From positions 1-17,769 of the forward strand of contig JAQVDW010000033.1 in NCBI GenBank assembly GCA_028698185.1: a stretch of DNA of 17,769 nucleotides. The letters run 5' to 3'. Numbering within the stretch: position 1 is the first letter of the stretch; each line of letters begins with the position of its first letter. The translations under genes and the position numbers were made by a program. Shown piece after piece: positions 15,360-17,769 of this stretch. The notes below the pieces were generated by a model, which saw nothing but the letters and a program-made list of their open reading frames with translations, had not been told where the DNA came from and ran no database searches. Source of the stretch: Erysipelotrichaceae bacterium. Lineage in GTDB: Bacteria; Bacillota_I; Bacilli_A; Erysipelotrichales; Coprobacillaceae.

Positions 15360-16019
15360 ATGAACGAAAAATATTTCGATAATTACCTTACCAGTTATCT
15401 GTTGGCGACAATTGGGGGATTTTTGGACATTTACACTTACCTACTAAAAGGTCACGTGTTTGCGAACGCCCAGACCGGAAACCTTGTTTTGCTTGCCAAC
15501 AGTTTGACTGAATTTGATTATAATTCGACAATAACTTATCTTTCTCCCGTCATCGCTTTTGGAGCTGGTATTTTTCTTTCCAATATGATAAGACATCAGC
15601 TGATACCGCTCATCAAGATAAATTTCCATTTCATGGTAATCCTTATCGAACTGGCTGTTTTTGTGTCACTGCTGGCGATTCGTTTGGATGATCTGATATT
15701 CAACAGTATCATCGGGTTCACCTGCGCGTTACAGGTAAGCAGTTTTGCAAGCACCAAAAACCTTCCATACGCTTCGACAATGTGTACCGGAAATCTAAGA
15801 CTGATGGCCAACAACCTTTACTACGGTTTCGTTAAAAAAAATCCCGAATATATCCACAACGGTTTGTTTTATCTAAAAATCATAATCAGCTTTGTGATCG
15901 GGGCCATGGTTGCCGTTATCCTGATTGATTGGCTCGGCCCCATTGCTTTGACATACTGCATCTTTATCCTTGTGGCTATAATCGCGATCAACTTCTTGAT
16001 GCTAAAAAGACTCGAATAA
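15360..16019 (+). CDS. YoaK/DUF1275 family integral membrane protein
   Basis: A multi-TM hydrophobic protein with the family-typical N-terminal GGFLDIYTY...FANAQTGNLVLLA. I chose the start at the ATG at 15360 (MNEKYF). The track ORF begins at 15336, inside the hairpin. Neither start has a clear SD. Confidence 0.7.
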   Translation: MNEKYFDNYLTSYLLATIGGFLDIYTYLLKGHVFANAQTGNLVLLANSLTEFDYNSTITYLSPVIAFGAGIFLSNMIRHQLIPLIKINFHFMVILIELAVFVSLLAIRLDDLIFNSIIGFTCALQVSSFASTKNLPYASTMCTGNLRLMANNLYYGFVKKNPEYIHNGLFYLKIIISFVIGAMVAVILIDWLGPIALTYCIFILVAIIAINFLMLKRLE

Positions 16020-16030
16020 TCGAGTCTTTT
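16005..16030. terminator. Bidirectional rho-independent terminator shared by convergent genes
   Basis: AAAAGACTCG, loop AATAAT, CGAGTCTTTT: a 10 bp perfect stem with A/T runs on both sides. The stop of the YoaK-family gene lies in the loop, and the MazF-like gene stops at 16036-16038. Confidence 0.8.
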
Positions 16031-16035
16031 TAGCA

Positions 16036-16548
16036 TCAATCTATAAATTTCAAGAATCTTTTTTTTATTGCTTTACTGGATTCCAGAACTTCGACGAACT
16101 CTTTTCTTACATCCAATCGTTGCACATCAACCATTCTGGCATCACCAAATTGCAAGCGAACATAATCCGCTCCCCGGAATCTTTCGATCTTTATATCCAT
16201 TTCAAAGTGACTTGCCGGTGAATCATCTTTTATCGACGTGCAAGGTATTACAAGCATCTTGACCCCGTAATCGCGATAAACATAACACCAATGACCATCA
16301 CAAAGTTCTTTAGGGAAGCCCCTTCCAATATTGAAATAAGCCAATTGATAACGTTTGGGTCTTTTTTTAAGACTATAGAAAACCTCACCTTCATCCGACT
16401 GGTTTTCAAGATAACAGTAGAAAAAACAAAGCTGGTGGGTTTGCTCCAAAAGTGAATGCACATAGGTCGACGCATCATAATCGCTTTCTTCATGCAGTCT
16501 TTTAAGGCTATAATTCAACTTATTTAATTTCTCTTCATAATTTTTCAT
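16036..16548 (-). CDS. MazF/PemK-fold (CcdB/MazF superfamily) toxin-like protein with an about 70 aa N-terminal extension
   Basis: YQLAYFNIGRGFPKELCDGHWCYVYRDYGVKMLVIPCTSIK...YVRLQFGDARMVDVQRL aligns by eye with the MazF/EndoA pattern (VYFADL..G.EQ.G.RPVLVI...V.PLTS...LL.QIRTID..RL). I prefer the ATG at 16548, 8 nt after AAGGA. The maximal ORF extends to 16566. Confidence 0.5.
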   Translation of the reverse strand: MKNYEEKLNKLNYSLKRLHEESDYDASTYVHSLLEQTHQLCFFYCYLENQSDEGEVFYSLKKRPKRYQLAYFNIGRGFPKELCDGHWCYVYRDYGVKMLVIPCTSIKDDSPASHFEMDIKIERFRGADYVRLQFGDARMVDVQRLDVRKEFVEVLESSKAIKKRFLKFID

Positions 16549-16716
16549 TTTCATTTTCCTTTTCATATTTCTTGTGTTTAGTTTTCTTTACTTCATCTAG
16601 CAGCTGGATACTCAGCCACATAATAATACAATCCGACTTACTCTTATGGATAACAATAAACGATGTTGTCATATTTACCAATTGTGCTTTTGGGATGCTT
16701 GACAATCGCTACTGCA

Positions 16717-16762
16717 CCTGATTGCCCCGGTGTTTGCCACGGAATCAGGCAATGGTTTTTTT
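16717..16762 (+). terminator. Terminator-like hairpin with a T7 tract on the plus strand, with two mutually exclusive pairings
   Basis: CCTGATT (16717-16723) pairs with AATCAGG (16743-16749). Alternatively ATTGCC (16721-16726) pairs with GGCAAT (16748-16753). TTTTTTT follows at 16756-16762. No plus-strand CDS lies upstream, and the element is antisense to the leader of the MazF-like gene. Confidence 0.4.
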
Positions 16763-16879
16763 ACAATCCCCTCCTTTTGATATGTTTCTCGACGGTTGCC
16801 GCCGGATCTCAATTTCATAATATTGAGAATTTATTACCTCCTTCATCATCTTATTCCCAGATAAAATCAGGATTACTTT

Positions 16880-16913
16880 AAAAAAAATAAAAAAATCGAA
16901 AAAAATTAAAAAA
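16880..16913. repeat. Four phased A-tracts (predicted intrinsically bent DNA)
   Basis: A8 starts at 16880, A7 at 16889, A7 at 16899 and A6 at 16908, giving a 9-10 bp period. Confidence 0.85.
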
Positions 16914-17135
16914 GTGTGATTCATTGCGATCAACAAGCCAAATAACGGTGTCTTCCTCTTATTGATTTTGCTTATTGCAAGAAAAATAAAAGCTGGTTAT
17001 CCAAAAAATGATTCCCAGCCTGTAATGCGCATATTAAATTAGAAATAGAGTCAAAGCTACTGCAACTGTTGATGATTACCAACGGCAAGGCTTTATATGA
17101 CGCGAAAGATAGATTGAGATTTCCCGTTTTGAAGC

Positions 17136-17179
17136 AAAAAAAGAACCCCAATCAAGGACTTGCCTGTAAATGGGGTTCT
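17136..17179 (-). terminator. Rho-independent terminator of rpsO
   Basis: The 9 bp stem AGAACCCCA (17142-17150) pairs with TGGGGTTCT (17171-17179), closing a 20 nt partly paired loop. On the minus strand it is followed by TTTTTTT. It starts 10 nt after the rpsO stop. Confidence 0.7.
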
Positions 17180-17188
17180 CTATTTTGA

Positions 17189-17455
17189 TTATCTTCTTAA
17201 ACCTAAACGTTTGATTAATGCAGCATATCTCTCAACGTCTTTATTTTTTAAGTATCTTAATAAGTTACGACGATGACCGATTTTTTTCATTAATCCACGG
17301 TTTGAGTGGAAATCTTTTGGATGATCTTTGAAGTGACCATTCAATTTGTTGATGTCAGCAGTCAATACAGCGATTTGTACCTCTGGTGAACCTGTATCAC
17401 CTTCGTGTGTCGCGTAATCTTGCATGATTGCAGTTTTTTCAGCTTTTGTTAACAT
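17189..17455 (-). CDS. rpsO: 30S ribosomal protein S15
   Basis: 88 aa: [32 protein letters not shown]...[20 protein letters not shown]...LGLRR. SD GAGGAGG lies 8 nt upstream. Confidence 0.97.
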   Translation of the reverse strand: MLTKAEKTAIMQDYATHEGDTGSPEVQIAVLTADINKLNGHFKDHPKDFHSNRGLMKKIGHRRNLLRYLKNKDVERYAALIKRLGLRR

Positions 17456-17540
17456 TTGCTAATCCTCCTCTATTTTATTCACGGCAAAAACCAAGGTCAA
17501 AGTCGAGTATTCTTCAATCCTAGTTAGAGCTGCTTAATAA

Positions 17541-17568
17541 ATTATACTAAATCCGTTGGATTTGTCAA
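17541..17568 (-). promoter_or_regulatory. Near-consensus sigma-A promoter of rpsO
   Basis: Minus strand TTGACA (17568-17563), 16 nt spacer, TATAAT (17546-17541). This predicts a leader of about 80 nt. Confidence 0.75.
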
Positions 17569-17769
17569 TGCTTTTTATGTCCGCCGCCTGCAAAATTATG
17601 AGATTATCCCCACAACCACAATCAATGTAACAATATTATAATAAAGGCTCTTCGCCACTATGTGTGGGCAAAGTTTTATTGATAAGCAACTAATTTCATT
17701 GAATTCATCACGTTTAACTTGTTTTTCTTGATACAAAAAAGGACATATGGTATTTTCTTAAGCGACAAA

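Noticed and set aside
319-15814. The many 60-207 aa track ORFs that lie inside and on the opposite strand or a different frame of the well-supported CDSs. Examples are 319..597+, 1665..1940+, 2446..2928+, 3073..3498+, 4913..5200+, 6105..6548+, 8403..8618-, 9649..10191+, 10918..11352+, 11145..11768+, 12252..12590+, 13426..13980+, 14375..14596- and 15596..15814-.
   Set aside because: Each overlaps a CDS that has clear family motifs and an RBS. Their translations are low-complexity or rich in S, R, C and F, they have no recognisable motifs, and I saw no SD. They are typical shadow ORFs.
16699-16704. A perfect TTGACA on the plus strand, which might serve as the -35 element for the putative antisense RNA.
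   Set aside because: No acceptable -10 hexamer lies 16-18 nt downstream (the sequence there is TTGCCC, inside the hairpin). No promoter is called.
16663-16881. 72 aa plus-strand ORF in the long intergenic region.
   Set aside because: It has no SD, it reads straight through the hairpin and T7 terminator-like element, and its composition is unremarkable. It is probably a chance ORF.
16745-16936. 63 aa minus-strand ORF (MLIAMNHTFLIFFDFFIFFKVILILSG...), which could be mistaken for a small hydrophobic type I toxin.
   Set aside because: The hydrophobic part is simply the translation of the phased T/A tracts (poly-Phe/Ile). The track start is a non-ATG codon with no SD at a proper distance. Only its 3' portion is mentioned, as a low-confidence 34 aa candidate in the intergenic finding.
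17758-17769. Possible 3' end of a minus-strand gene at the right edge (TTT GTC GCT TAA).
   Set aside because: Only three codons plus a stop are visible and no convincing terminator hairpin follows. The call is unsupportable.
1-17769. A scan for CRISPR repeats, IS or transposase genes, integrases, tRNA, rRNA or tmRNA genes and long terminal or inverted repeats.
   Set aside because: I saw no repeat-spacer periodicity, no recombinase-like ORF and no tRNA-like cloverleaf segment by eye. The scan was visual only, so small ncRNAs cannot be excluded without tRNAscan-SE or Infernal.

Overview
The window looks like a chromosomal segment of a low-GC Gram-positive (Bacillota-like) genome. This rests on strong AGGAGG-type Shine-Dalgarno sites, sigma-A type promoters and tsaE-tsaB-rimI-tsaD with rex nearby, as in Bacillus. 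Almost all genes are on the minus strand. From high to low coordinates they are rpsO, a long non-coding gap, a MazF/PemK-fold gene, and then a tightly packed array: DUF402/Ntdp, tsaE, tsaB, rimI, tsaD, rex, asnS, two unusual genes, a DEAD-box helicase, ppdK, a small membrane ORF and a PfkB fructokinase. Only ackA and a YoaK-family membrane gene are on the plus strand. I found no rRNA, tRNA, CRISPR array, transposase or integrase. The best candidate for something undescribed is the translationally coupled pair at 6006..8844, which sits 12 nt after the asnS stop. The first protein has an uncharacterised ~200 aa N-terminal domain followed by a calcineurin-like metallophosphoesterase. The second has a ~140 aa helical N-terminal module fused to a complete HprA-type D-2-hydroxyacid dehydrogenase. 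From memory only, that module resembles middle components of ABC three-component conflict systems. Neither gene has a Shine-Dalgarno site, unlike most neighbours whose start region I read. Hand-counted samples suggest the first gene is more AT-rich than the two housekeeping genes I sampled. The second locus of interest is the MazF/PemK-fold gene (16036..16566). It has no adjacent antitoxin gene and lies below a ~620 bp structured non-coding region. All functional calls come from motif recognition by eye; no searches were run.
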